A stretch of 64,000 nucleotides of DNA from Podarcis gaigeae (Eukaryota), in assembly GCA_964106915.2 (NCBI GenBank), contig OZ066923.1; one strand, written 5' to 3'. The position numbers and the translations under genes were made by a program. Position 1 is the first letter of the stretch; each line of letters opens with the position of its first letter. The notes beneath the pieces were generated by a model, which saw nothing but the letters and a program-made list of their open reading frames with translations, ran no database searches and had not been told where the DNA came from. Shown here one piece after another: positions 23,620 through 36,000 of this stretch.

Positions 23620-24004
23620 AAAGGTAAAGGTAAAGGACCCCTGACAGTTAAGTCCAATCACAGATGACTCTGGGGTTGCAGCACTCATCTCACTTTACAG
23701 GCCGAGGGAGCTGGTGTTTGTCCACAGACAGTTTTTCCAGGTCATGTGGCCAGCATGACTAAGCCACTTCTGGCGCAACAGAACACCGAAACCAGAGCAG
23801 CACATGGAAACGCTGTTTACCTTCCCACCAGAGCAGTACCTATTTATCTACTTGCACTTTTTGGCATGCTTTCGAACTGCTGGGTTGGCAGGAGCTGGGA
23901 CCTAGCAATGGGAGCTTACCCCATCACGGGGATTCGAACTGCCGACCTGATCTGCAAGCCCAAGAGGCTCATTGGTTTTGACCACAGTGCCACCCGTGTA
24001 CCTA
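23620..24004 (-). mobile_element. Sauria SINE (Squam1), full length
   Basis: (AAAGGT)n tail, cctatttatctacttgcac core, gggattcgaact B-box reverse complement; 10-bp TSD AAACATGTTA at 23610-23619 and 24005-24014. Confidence 0.9.
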
Positions 24005-24122
24005 AAACATGTTACAGTAATGCAAAGTTACACACACAAACATATCTGCACTAATATATATATAGTTTAGATAGAAACTTTATTTGCATTAGCCACTAGC
24101 CATAACAATAAGATAAAATATA

Positions 24123-24352
24123 CCACCTCAGGCGAAGAGAAGACTCCCTGGAAAATACCCTGATGTTGGGAAAGATGGAGGGCACAAGGAGAAGGGGACG
24201 ACAGAGGACGAGATGGTTGGACAGTGTTCTCAAAGCTACCAGCATGAGTTTGACTAAACTGCAGGAGGCAGTGGAAGACAGAAGTGCCTGGCGTGCTCTG
24301 GTTCATGGGGTCACAAAGAATCGGACACGACTAAATGACTAAACAACAACAA
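24123..24352 (+). mobile_element. Bov-B LINE short 3' fragment
   Basis: Matches the 3' ends at 11280-11507 and 17609-17840; (CAA)n tail. Confidence 0.92.
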
Positions 24353-27224
24353 GAGATAAATAGTTAGCTATATGAAATACATTCTGGAGGTTTGCATTTC
24401 CCAGAGGGTCCACAGGATGGGATCCAGGCCCGTTGCCCCAGAACTCACAGATATTTCTTCACTCTCTGTCATCGCCTCCTCCTCCAGCTGCTTTCTCATT
24501 CAGTCCAGCTTTCTAAGCCTAAACTGACTGCTATGTTTTAGAGTGCTCCGTCTCCACGCCGGGTTTACATGCTTGCTGTCATCAAGGTATATCTGGGCAT
24601 CTGCATAGAATCGTGAATGGGCTTTTTGTGCCTGCTTGGCCTGTCAAATTCTCAACCAGGACCTTCTGTTGTACATCCCTTCCTTCCATGGAAAGTACAA
24701 TGCCAAAGTACAGGCTTGATCGGAGTTCAACACACCTTTCTTCTCAATGGCTTTGCATATTTTTGTCATCTGGAAGGAACCAAAACCTAGATCCCAAATG
24801 GGCATGGAAGCTGCTTTCTACCATTGCCTGAACCCCACCCCTCCCAAATTTCTAAACCAGCGCAGCACAGAACTCTGGTTAACAGCTAATAGTTGTAGCA
24901 GGGAATGGTTACTGCAGTAAACACTGTAGAAATATGCCTACATTTCATATACATTCCAGGAGAAACTTCCCAGACTGATTTGCCATGCTGTCATGTGTCA
25001 CATCCTATTACCTTTGTGACTTCGTGTTATGATACATCAAGGATGTGACTAACATTAACCACATGTAATGTTGCACAGTACCATCTTGTCTGCCAAGGAA
25101 ATTTAGAGCAGCATGTCTTTCAAAAAGCAGGGTTTCCATTAGAATTATTGGTTTCCGTGCTCGTGTGTGAGCGAGAGATTAACTCATCAGTTAAACTCAG
25201 TTTTCAAGTCACGTGCTTGAATACAAAACCCGCAGCCCTTACCCTACTAATTAACAGAGCACAAAGGAAAATCTGGGAGCCAGCCTTCTTTCTGTTCCAT
25301 ATAGTATAGTACAAAATTGGGTGGTTGGGTTTTTGTTTTTGTTTTTCTTTTGTTTCAAACAGGGCTGCATAGACCTTGGCACCCAACCACTGCACTCTCA
25401 ATGTTTGGAAATGCTTTCCAGGGACAAAGAATGCACTAATTAGAAATCAGGATCCCAGGTAGATGAAATGCAGAGCCATACAGTAATTTGTGTTTGTGAT
25501 CAATTTAATAGCTGCACTCTGGAGAAGATTGGTGATCTGGGGAGCAGCCGCTGGGGTACAGGAAAGGGCTCTGAATTTACGGTACAACAGTTCTTGCTCC
25601 TCACCTACACGGAGGGTGGCAGTGTTGACCAATTGTAATTGGATTTTTAAATTCTAACTTTTTTAAACAGTTGTAACCTGGCCTGAGTGACCTTAGGGTG
25701 AAGGGTAGATGGTTAATAATCATAATCATCATCATAATAATAACTGTGGGTATATTTTGATAAACTTTTTTAATTGTAAATGACTTAGAAGTCATTTTGG
25801 GGAATAAGCAGCATATAATAATATAATGATGGTGATAAAATTTTGAGATAGTTGCATATGAATGCATGTAGAGAATGAAGCATTGTTTGCCATTATTTTA
25901 TCCTGAAGTTATGATCATCTTGTACTGATGGATTCATGTGAGTAGGAGTGTTGCATAGAAGGCTTTAAAAGGCAATCTGACCACACTTAGTGAGGGGCCA
26001 ACCTGGCTCCATTTCATGCCATTGAGGGGTCATTTTGTCCATCTCAGTCAGCAAAATGTTTTGGGGTGTCCGTGACTCAATGTGAGACAAAACTACAATA
26101 ACTTGTTCAAAGGGGGGGGTTCGTATAATCTTGTTTGCATTGGGTATGCATATTCCTGCTCCTCTATTTTGCACCCTGAACTCAGGAAGTGTTCCAGTAA
26201 GCGAGACAAAAGGGTTTGTTGTGAGCTATCTTTCTACTAGATATTTCCAGTGAGATAAGTTGCTAATCTCAGCAATACTATTATTAGCAGTCTGGATTGA
26301 GGCTCTGTGTTCCATTTAATATGTTCCTCATGCAACGTAGCATCCTGAATTGTCGCTTTCCCTTTGAAAAATAATAATTAGCAAACAATTGCTGTTATTT
26401 GGGTGCATAAATTTATGGCAGAAGTTTGCCTCTGAAGTGCATGGAAAGTCTTTTCTGATTAAAACTTCATAAGGTTCCATGCTGTGCACTATTGTTTCGC
26501 CTTTTGTGCTTAAGGTGTCAAAAGGGATGGAATAACAGAGGAGCAGAACTACAATTTTGTAAAATCATATGCTCCACATTAGAGTTTTAAGGTGTGGAAA
26601 GAATTAAGAATAGGGCTGAATAAGTTAGGAAGCACAATGGCACCACACACACAAACACACACCAAGTTCTTAACTGTGCAATCACTGAAATGTTTATAAT
26701 ACATCGGATGAGCTTCCATGTGCAGCTCTAACCACTTAGTGATGGCAGTGTCAAGTGATGATTTGCATGTGTAGAACAGCATCACAGATAACAAGCAACA
26801 GGCAGGACCTTCTGATCACAACACCTTCTCCACTTTTGTTTCCAGTAACGGAGACAGTTCACTCATTCAACTGCAACATAATATGAGTGATGAGATGTCA
26901 GGTATCACTGTATCATTGAGTGATGCACATGTAATATTTTTTCAACAGATAGTTCCCACCTACATGTTGATCACTTGATAAAGGCCGTGTCAAGTGTTAT
27001 CCTACATGAAAATAGCTGTTTACTTGGCTGTTTTCCTATGTCATGAAGGCTGAAATTTCAATTCAGTGGAGCAGGGTAAATATATTAACTGATATGCATG
27101 AAATTTCAGATATAGCTATATAATCCCTAGTGTAGTAAGTGTAGTAAGATAAGACCTTTGGAGCAGGCTTTTTTTAAAAAAAGTTTTTTATGAACCACCC
27201 TATTGGATATATGATCATGTATGA

Positions 27225-27315
27225 TTTAGCTGAGATTCCTGCTTTGCAGAAGATTGGAGTAGATAACCATCAGTGTCCCTTCCAACTATACAATTCTATT
27301 CTTCTAAGATTCTAG
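27225..27315 (+). mobile_element. CR1 3'-terminal fragment
   Basis: gagattcctgctttgcag...gtcccttccaactatacaattctatt. Confidence 0.55.
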
Positions 27316-30300
27316 GTAACCCATCTTTCCATGGAAAATGAAATCACAACACAAATTCATTCTTTTGATAAATGCCAGCATTATTCTTAGCCGTGAATGT
27401 GTATTTCATCCTGCCACTCATATTATTGCATTTGTAGGGAATTTACAAGAGAAATTCATCACGACAGAGATTATTTATGGCACAGTTGGTGACAGTGTTT
27501 TGTAAGTAGGTCCCATTGTGACCAATGCAGCTTACTCACACTTATTGGTCACTTTTCCCCCTATTTTACAAAAGGCAAGCTCAAAACTACATAACCACTG
27601 ACTGAATTTAATAGGCCTTCAGAGTGAATTAGGTGTTATAACCAAAACAGTCCTGATACAGAAGAAATACAAAGCAAACATTATGAATATCAAATAAAGC
27701 CATATTTTATCATATTTATTGGCCTATCATATTAGTAACAAATGGCTGCCGCAAATGGAGGCAAAATCTGTAGGTTTATGTGCACACCATGATTTATAAG
27801 TCAATTTCTTAGAAATGAGAGTAACATTGTTGAAGAAAATATTTAAAGAAATTCCCAATGACTCCTGTGATAAGCCCTGTGATATGGTAAACGAGCAGCT
27901 CCTAATAGAAATATTATAAATGGTTTACGTGTTAAGGTGTATATTTGATCATAAAAAGTTGATAGAAGACACAGTTGGGGCTTAAAGTAATCAGTATACC
28001 TATTTTTTCCCCCAGAAATTTAATTCCTGACCTCTTCTCAAAATTTGTACACAATGTAGTCTCTTGTGAATGTACTTTATTTTCCAATGTAATGGCTGTG
28101 AACCCTTTTATTTTTGGTACAGTTTTTTGTACAGTTTTTTCCACCTCCCTTTTTATTTATTTTATTTCATATTTCTGACTGGATTGTTATTTTAACTTCA
28201 TATTAAAGGCTTGGAAATGTTTTCTTAAAACAAAAGCAAAATGAATTCAGTTAGGATTGCTCTGTTAATCATCCCCTCCCCCTTGTCTTCTTCATCTTTT
28301 AAAGGAGGGGAAAATTTTCCCCAAACCTTAGTAATTGAAAGCAGGAACTATTTCTAACCAAGAAGGGACAAATTAAGAAGTCAAATGAAGTGAGGGGAAA
28401 ACACACACACACAAAATAAGTCTATGGCTTGTGCCTTCTATTGACACAATAAACGTTCTTGCAGATACAAAACTGACACCTTTGGTGTTATATTTCACAA
28501 GTTATCAGTTAAAGACAAATAAAGGATTTGTAACACTGGGAAGCCCTGTCAGTCAGCTGTAATTAGCTCATTGCATAGCAAAAATTAATCTCTCGTTTTA
28601 AAAAAACAAAAAACTATTTTTGTACCTCCCTTCGCTGCAGTGTACAGTGAAACAAAGTACAATACAGCACAATACATAATATTTCCTATAGAAATAAAGA
28701 GATGTCTTTTGTCAAGGGTTTTCTCCAGTACTAGAACATCATGCAATGCAATGAATGTATTTCCCTTATCTCACATATGAGTTAAGCATATATGGTTGCT
28801 CAAACTGAACAATCAAAACAACTTGACTGCGGTTAGTAGTTCAAAGTTCAGCATCTTCTGGGTTATTTCGCCCACCAGGTGTAACCTTTTCTAGAAAGAG
28901 TCGGGCAGCAAAAGAAAATACCTACATTTCATCATCAGATGATGGGTAGGGTAGATTGCAAAGTAAGGAAACGAAATCCAGAAGACTCAATATACCCATT
29001 TCAGTCTCCTTTTTCATGGAGACTCTGTAATGTGAGTGCAGGGTGGCCATTTAGGTATCACCAAATGAGAGGAAATGGAAGAGGACACAAATTTGATCCT
29101 GTTAAAGTTACCCTCTTACCTTGTTGCATACTAGCAAAAGTAGTGAGGATCAGAAATAGAGACCTTAGGAAGAAATCTTCCAGGCTGTTTTTCTTTGTCT
29201 CCTTCCTTCTGAGGGCCCTGCTTTCCAGCTTCTTCTTAGCAAGAAAGAGTAATGATCCTAACTGCACATTTGCAGACTCCTTAAGGCATGAGCCTAAGTA
29301 TAATATTTTGTGTCAGTCCTGCCTCCATTTTTATGTTAAGTTGAAAGTGTGTCTGGTATACATTTGTAATGAATATTATCACTGCCTGCAGTATTAATCT
29401 CCTCTGTATATCCTGCATAAAGACTTTTCCTGAATTGCTTTTAAAAAAAATTCTGCTGAAAAAATAAGCAGTAATTTGAAGTCTAATAAAACGGCAACCG
29501 TAATCCACACACATAGGTTCCCCCACCTCCAATGTGGAACATGATTCTGCTCTGGCATCACCTGAAACATATTTGTGCCTCATTAAGATGCACACCAACA
29601 GCAAGCAAAAATATGAGTTTGAAATTTGTTTTCTCCCAGATTTCCCAGTGGTGGTGAATATTCTTTCCTCGCTTGCATTGTAAGGGCTTTGAGTATTACT
29701 CAGCCTCCTTGGAAAGTAGAGCTTGCATATGACTTTTCACACCAGGGAAAAAATAACCCAAACCAACTCATAGTTGAATATTTGTTTTTAATCCAAGCCA
29801 TATTTCATCTGTTCCCCCTATTCTCCAGAATTTCATAATATCCATATGGTCCACGGCAGTGTTCACATTTATTAAAATATGGAGCTGAGCTGTGGTTTTA
29901 TATTCTGTTCTCTCTTAATTGTCAATATTTTACTGGCTGTGACAATAGATGGATAAAAGCCTGTTTACCCTGCATGAGGGCCTGAAGTGACAATGTAAAC
30001 TAGGGCATAGAAAAATGTGGCATATCTAAGGAAGGGTTCATACAAACTTGAATGCCCATTGCCAAACAGTGTTCAGCTTGTGATTCGATAAAATACACTA
30101 GGAACAAATGGGCATTGTCTGTATTAGGTTTTGGAAGGGCCTTGGGCAAGACGCCTCCTGCAGTGTGGGGCCCCCTTCCTCCTTGCTGCCATTGGCTGCT
30201 CCCCATCACTGTGTCTTGCTTGCCTGCCAAAGAGAAAGCTGGCTAGCAAGAGAGTGTTCAGGCAGTAGCTGCCACCATTGTTCATCCTCTCTGGAGCAGA

Positions 30301-30973
30301 AGGGAAGGGTGTGCAAGTGGCAATAACAAGAAGCACCAGGAGCCAGAGGACTTCAGCAAAGGGCCTCCAGCCGTGTCAACCTCTGACAAACCTAAAAAAA
30401 GATCAAGCTTCCTTTTCCTAGTGTTTATGAGATGATGCTTTGGAGAAATTCCTCCCGTGGGAGGAGGACAGTCTGTGTATGCTCTTTGAGCTCAGTCTTC
30501 TACATTTGTGGTGCTGTGGTTGGAGTGTTGGACTAGGCCCTGAGGAAGCAGGGTTCAAATCCCCACTCAGCCATGGTGATTTTGGGCCTGTCACTGTCTC
30601 TCAGCAACAACACTTGTACAGTACACATGTCAATATTTGGGGGGAAGCTCTAGGTGCATCCGATATCAACAGAAAGGTTACCAGATTGAATGATAAAGGG
30701 TGTTCCATAAATGATGCTTGGTGAATTGACTTTACTTTGTGTGGGTTTTTTATTATTACAGTTGGTGTTTTCTTCTTTTTTTAAAACTCACTATAATCAT
30801 ATAAACCAGTAGTTCCCAAATAGCTAATTGCTGAGAATCCCCTGTTTTCCAAAGCCGAGCCACAGACCCCCTACTTTTGAAAAGTTTGATAACTCTATGG
30901 TTATTACCTCTGCAAAGCAATTTTTTGAACAAAATGTGGGGTAGCCTATAATAAGCAAAGGATTTTAGGTATA

Positions 30974-31212
30974 CAGTGGTAGCTCAGGTTACATATGCTT
31001 CAGGTTACATACGCTTCAGGTTACAGACTCCACTAACCCAGAAATAGTACCTTGGGTTAAGAACTTTGCTTCAGGATGAGAACAGAAATCGTGCTCCGGC
31101 GGCGTGGCAGCAGGAGGCCCCAATAGCTAAAGTGGTGCTTCAGGTTAAGAACAGTTTCAGGTTAAGAAAGGACCTCTGGAATGAATTAAGTACTTAACAA
31201 GAGGTACCACTG
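30974..31212. mobile_element. Tc1/mariner-type MITE (same family as 6964)
   Basis: TA|CAGTGGTAGCTC ... GAGGTACCACTG|TA. Confidence 0.9.
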
Positions 31213-31228
31213 TACTAAAAAAAAAAAC

Positions 31229-31960
31229 AAGGGCTGAGCGATATTTTCAATATTGGGATATACCCAGTGCTTTTTTTCTTTAAAAAAATGTTTAGGGGTA
31301 CTCTCGTTTTCCTACTCATATTGAAATACTGCCCCTCAATGAGGCCAAACTTAGATTCACAAAATGTTTAGGGGTATGTGCACCCCTGTGTCCCCGTCAC
31401 CCCCCCCCCAAAAAAAAAAAAACAACCACTGGGTATATCAGCAGGTAAACATTGTGATATTCCTATATATCACAATGTCTGAAATTGGAAATCAGGTGTG
31501 GGGATGAGGGAAAGGAGAGGAAGCAGAGTCACCTTCACCACATGATTTGAGTGGGAGGTGATGGGGATAGGGGTTGCATCAAGCCACTGTCAGCAGCACA
31601 GCCAGCGGTGGCAGCCAGTGAAGAAGCACATATAATATGGCTGCTGCTGCTTTCCTGCTGACTGAGAAAAGCTGCTCTGCTTCAGTGCCTGGGGAAGGTA
31701 GTCCCATGTTGCCTTGAAGTGAGGGCGATCAGCTGCCCTGTTTTCCCTCAGCGTGAGGGAATGCTGCAACATTATTGGCTGCCTTGGTCTCTCTCAGCAG
31801 CGTTATCGGCTGGGCTCATTGTGCGATATCAACGGTGCCTTGAAATTGTCTGCGCTGCTCTCCCTCGTATGAGGAGCCATATATTGCTGTGTATTGCTCA
31901 GTCAAAATCGTTATTGCGGTGTGATTTCAAAACCAATTTTGGCCAAATCGCACAGCGCTA
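31229..31960. mobile_element. hAT-type non-autonomous element (AGGGCTGxGCGAT termini)
   Basis: agggctgagcgatat ... aaatcgcacagcgct inverted termini (12/15); flanks aaaaaaac/aaacagac (6/8); subterminal gatat/atatc motifs. Confidence 0.6.
31265..31431. mobile_element. hAT-type MITE (family of 3201-3380)
   Basis: CAGTGC...CCACTG ends, gattcacaaaatgtttaggggta core; flanks gatatacc/ggtatatc (6/8). Confidence 0.75.
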
Positions 31961-32986
31961 AAACAGACCATAAAATGTGTGATATTACCATGCAAAAATG
32001 ACAAAAAAATTAGTTGGAGAGGATGCAAGGGAGGGGGCTGCGGACCCCCCTGGGTGCGTTCCCCAGGGATCCCCAGACCCCTAATTGGGAACCACTGACA
32101 TAAACGTTTTCCACACAGTTTTAAGCCTCTCCCTCCTCCATTCCTCCCACTTACCTGGGAATTGTTTCTGCACAGCCATGCATACAATAGCATTGCAATT
32201 ATTTTATAACCAATCAGCTTTGGTGAGCATGTTAGGAGCATTCTTCCCCCACTTAGGTACATGTATCCCATTTTTTTTAACCCTCTGAATTTACTCATTT
32301 AGGTGCTAGACTTTTCATTTCGCCTCCACCATTCTCTATTAAGAACATTGCCCCAGAAAGAAGCTCCTTGTTTGCATATATAAACTTGCTGTCAAGTGAC
32401 CTAGTTTATTTTTATCCCAAGTTGAGATTTTGTTCCAACTCAGAAGATAGATTTCCAAGGACTTTTAATTAGAACTGGAGTGGGGGTGGGGGGGATATGC
32501 CGATGGTGTAATTGATTTTGTAGTTAGGCTCTGTTTAATTTAACTTCCTGGCTTTGTCACATCATTTTACTTCTTTTGAAGCAACGAAGGCAATGTAGTT
32601 TTTCTTCCGTAACAGGGTGATTCGTAGTAATAGAGTGAGTGAGATGGGTCTTGGACTGTTCTTTCCTCAGTCCTGTCTGTCTTCACATCATCACATTTCC
32701 TGGAAGAAGAATTGGCTGAAAAATGGCTCTAAGCCCAGCTTACGCTATTTCAGTGAAGAACTTGAAAGTGACATTATAGTATCAGGCAGCTGAACTCCCC
32801 TCCTTTTTTTTTTCTTTCAGCCAGATGCAAAAGGCAATGATATGAAACTGAAAGAAACCACAACTCAGTCGTCTGCCTTCCACTTAATTTTTCATACAAA
32901 TTTAAGGTCAGGTTGTGGCCCAGCAACCCATGAGGTGTGTGTAACATTAGAAGGCCTGTAGCAGGTCTTGGGAAGGGTGGGGGGAA

Positions 32987-32988
<2 letters not shown>

Positions 32989-33040
<52 letters not shown>
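32989..33040. repeat. (GA)n microsatellite
   Basis: Direct tandem repeat visible. Confidence 0.95.
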
Positions 33041-33042
<2 letters not shown>

Positions 33043-36000
33043 TAAGTGTGACTTTTCATTCATTTAGTAGCATGGGTATAAATCCAGAGTTGCGTCATTA
33101 AAATCTGTCCAATTTATCTAGATTCATTAATGACTTGCTTAAGGGGTTAAAGCACAACACTTGATCTTGTTGTCTTCAGGACAACATTACCAGCACTTAG
33201 AAATGGGAGACTCTGATAATTTTAGTTCTCTCAGTTTCTCATGTTTTTTTTTCAAGCTTTTAATTCCATTCTCCACATTTTTGCAGCAATCTGTGGATTG
33301 TTGTGGGGTTTTTTTAAAAAAAGGGGGGTCCATGAAAATCCACCAGCATGTCAGTGCACATTTCTCTTAATATACATATTTTGCCTGCAATTTCCCCTAA
33401 AATAAATAATTTTTTGTGTTATTTTCATGTATATCTGCAGTTTTATGGATGCATTACTTGGTTGGAGTATATGCAATATGCTTTTGTATATGTTACTTGA
33501 CTGGAGAAAGGGATTGCAAAATTCAGAGAAGTGCAAATTTCAAAGGTGTGTGCATTTTGGCTTGTGTATTGTTTTGGAAATGGTCAGTTAGGCAAATTCA
33601 CTTTAAAATGCTTACTGAATTGAAATTCTCCTCCATCCCCACCTGCAACCCAATTAAGAATTTTAGAAAATTCATATTTCCTTTTTTATTATTATCGATC
33701 ATTGTCATTCAGGAAGGACAATAAGAAAAGTCCCCCCAAAAACAGTCAAATATAAGGCGTGTGCATGTGATAATTAAGACTCCTCAATACAAGAATGTTT
33801 TTTTGGTGGCTATACAGTATCTGTTCTTTTTACTAGTCATATTGTAGAAAAGAGGTGAAGTTTCATTGAAAGGAACATATTGAAAACGTGTGCGTCCCAC
33901 TTTGTCACATCTGTGTCAAGCCCCCCAAAAGGCAATTGTTTTTACTTTCCTTTTAATCTTGCAAAGAAATTTAAAAGTAGAAGAACTGACCCCATGTTCA
34001 AAGTCATTGTCAGAGACAATGAAGTCATAGGCTTCTGGTTTTAATAATGTCTTGCAAAACACTCAACATCATTAATCATATTCAGAGAATAAATGACACA
34101 CAGATTTTCTAGCTTCAAGTCCTCGTGAACAGCATTTCAGAGTCTTGAAAATTCATGGAGACACCTTCCCTGCAATGCTGCTCAGAAGGAAAGCTGTGAA
34201 GGAAAGTTTTTTTAAATATATATACGGTAATCATTAATTTCCATTAAAAACCTGCATATTCTGAGTGAAAGACTTTAAACCTCCAGAATCCTATCAGTAT
34301 TTTCTACACTGAAACTGCAATATATTTCCTTCAGAACAGTTCAGAAAAGAGGAGCACTCAAAAAAGTATGATGTGGATTGTGAAATGTTGCAGTAATTTT
34401 GCTTGATTTAATGACCACTTTCATTCATCAAATTAAAATAAACTGCTGATCCATCAGGTGAGCAAGTAGAATGCAGACAGTCATGACTGTGGTCATATCT
34501 CTCTGATGTATATATGAGCGGCGATAGCTGGTGATTTGCCTCTTTCCCACAAAGCTCAGCAATTTCCTGCAGACACAGGGGCATCGATTGACAAAATCTA
34601 TGGTTTGCCCTGAAAATTTCAACTGAGGGAGTGTTTCTGTACAGGAAAAGCACCTCTGAAATCAAAATGATTGTGGCAACCTGGCTCCACATGCAAATAT
34701 AAACTGATTGTATCACACATATCTCTTTAAATGTGTGTCTTTAATTTATTGATTTTATGCAAAACAGTGCAATAAACATTAAGATACTAGCTAAAGCAGA
34801 ACAAAACTGGCCTCGCATTAATCATTGTACATCAATATAATTTAGGAATAAATGCAAGTGGTTGAGCTAGCAACATTTGCAGAAAGAGTATCATCTTATG
34901 TCTCCTCCACAGGACCCAAGTTTAATACTGGACAATTGCACATCCTCAATAGAAGTGTTAATAAAAGATACAAATGTGGCCATGCTGTATCAAACACAAC
35001 AGATTTGGCTTGATCCACAGCCCTGCACAAATAATGAATTAGCCTTTCCATCTGAGCTCAGTGCCAAGCACGCCTATGCCAATTACCAGCTTCCTGCTAT
35101 GGTTGACTAAGCTGCCACTGATGGGGGGGGGGATTGAGGTCTTTATGGAGCAATTTAGGCCATGTGAAAAGAGATGGAAGAGCTAGAGAACCAAATTTTG
35201 GCACTGTTTGGTTGTTAGTTTGAGAAATTTTACAATTTTACAAACTTTGTGGGGGATTTTGACTTAGTAATTTTTGAATTTGGCCTGGCATTTGGTGCTG
35301 TTTAGATATAAGTTTGAGTATAATTAAGTTTTTAATAAATCAGTGCTCATCTTCTAAGCAGAGCTTACAAAGTCCAGGAAGCTTTGATGCTGGGGTGTTG
35401 AGATTTTGTGCTGGACCACAAATCTCATTCTCTCTCATGTTTTAAACCTCTCTGCTCCCGTTGTGTATTTGGCAAAGCACAGTCCCAGTGTCACCATCTT
35501 TATTTGCCCAGAGACTTAAATTGTCATTGGCATATGCCTTCTTGGGCTGCTTTGGAAGGGCAGGATATAAATTTAATAAATAAATACGCACGTTTGTGTC
35601 ATAGGCCTATGTCCTGAGTCTTTTTGTCCCTGTTGGACACTTCTTTAAAACTTAGGGTTAGGTTTAGGCTTGCAAGACCTATTTTAGGGGTTTTTTTAAT
35701 TCATATACTGGGATCTAACAATCTGAGCCAGGCGCAGAAAACATATATGGAGAATGAGAGAATTCTTGAGCCCAGGAATTCATTCTAAATACCAGAAATG
35801 AACTGAGCTCACAGTCCTTTCACATAAAAATATATTTCTGATTACCATCTCCCCCATCCTAGATTCTTCATTTCAGCAATATAATGATTGTGGGTGTAAG
35901 GAGTCATTGTGGGTGTAAGGAGTTGCTTCCCTTGCTAAAAAAAAATTGGGAGTCAGAAATCCTTGCAAATCACTTGAACTACCAGTCGTTCCTGATTTAC

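Larger units (their letters stand above)
30807..32097. mobile_element. Outer hAT-type non-autonomous element hosting nested insertions
   Basis: TIR CAGTAGTTCCCAA ... TTGGGAACCACTG (12/13); 8-bp TSD atataaac/acataaac (7/8). Confidence 0.75.

Noticed and set aside
22995-23657. 220-aa - strand ORF
   Set aside because: It crosses a Sauria SINE tail, an old SINE and AT-rich DNA, with no coherent protein features or splice support
24542-24586. Possible 45-nt + strand exon (ttttag|AGT...AAG|gtatat)
   Set aside because: Weak donor, no partner exons, unrecognisable peptide
35887-35923. Tandem duplication of ATTGTGGGTGTAAGGAGT
   Set aside because: Simple two-copy slippage duplication with no further structure
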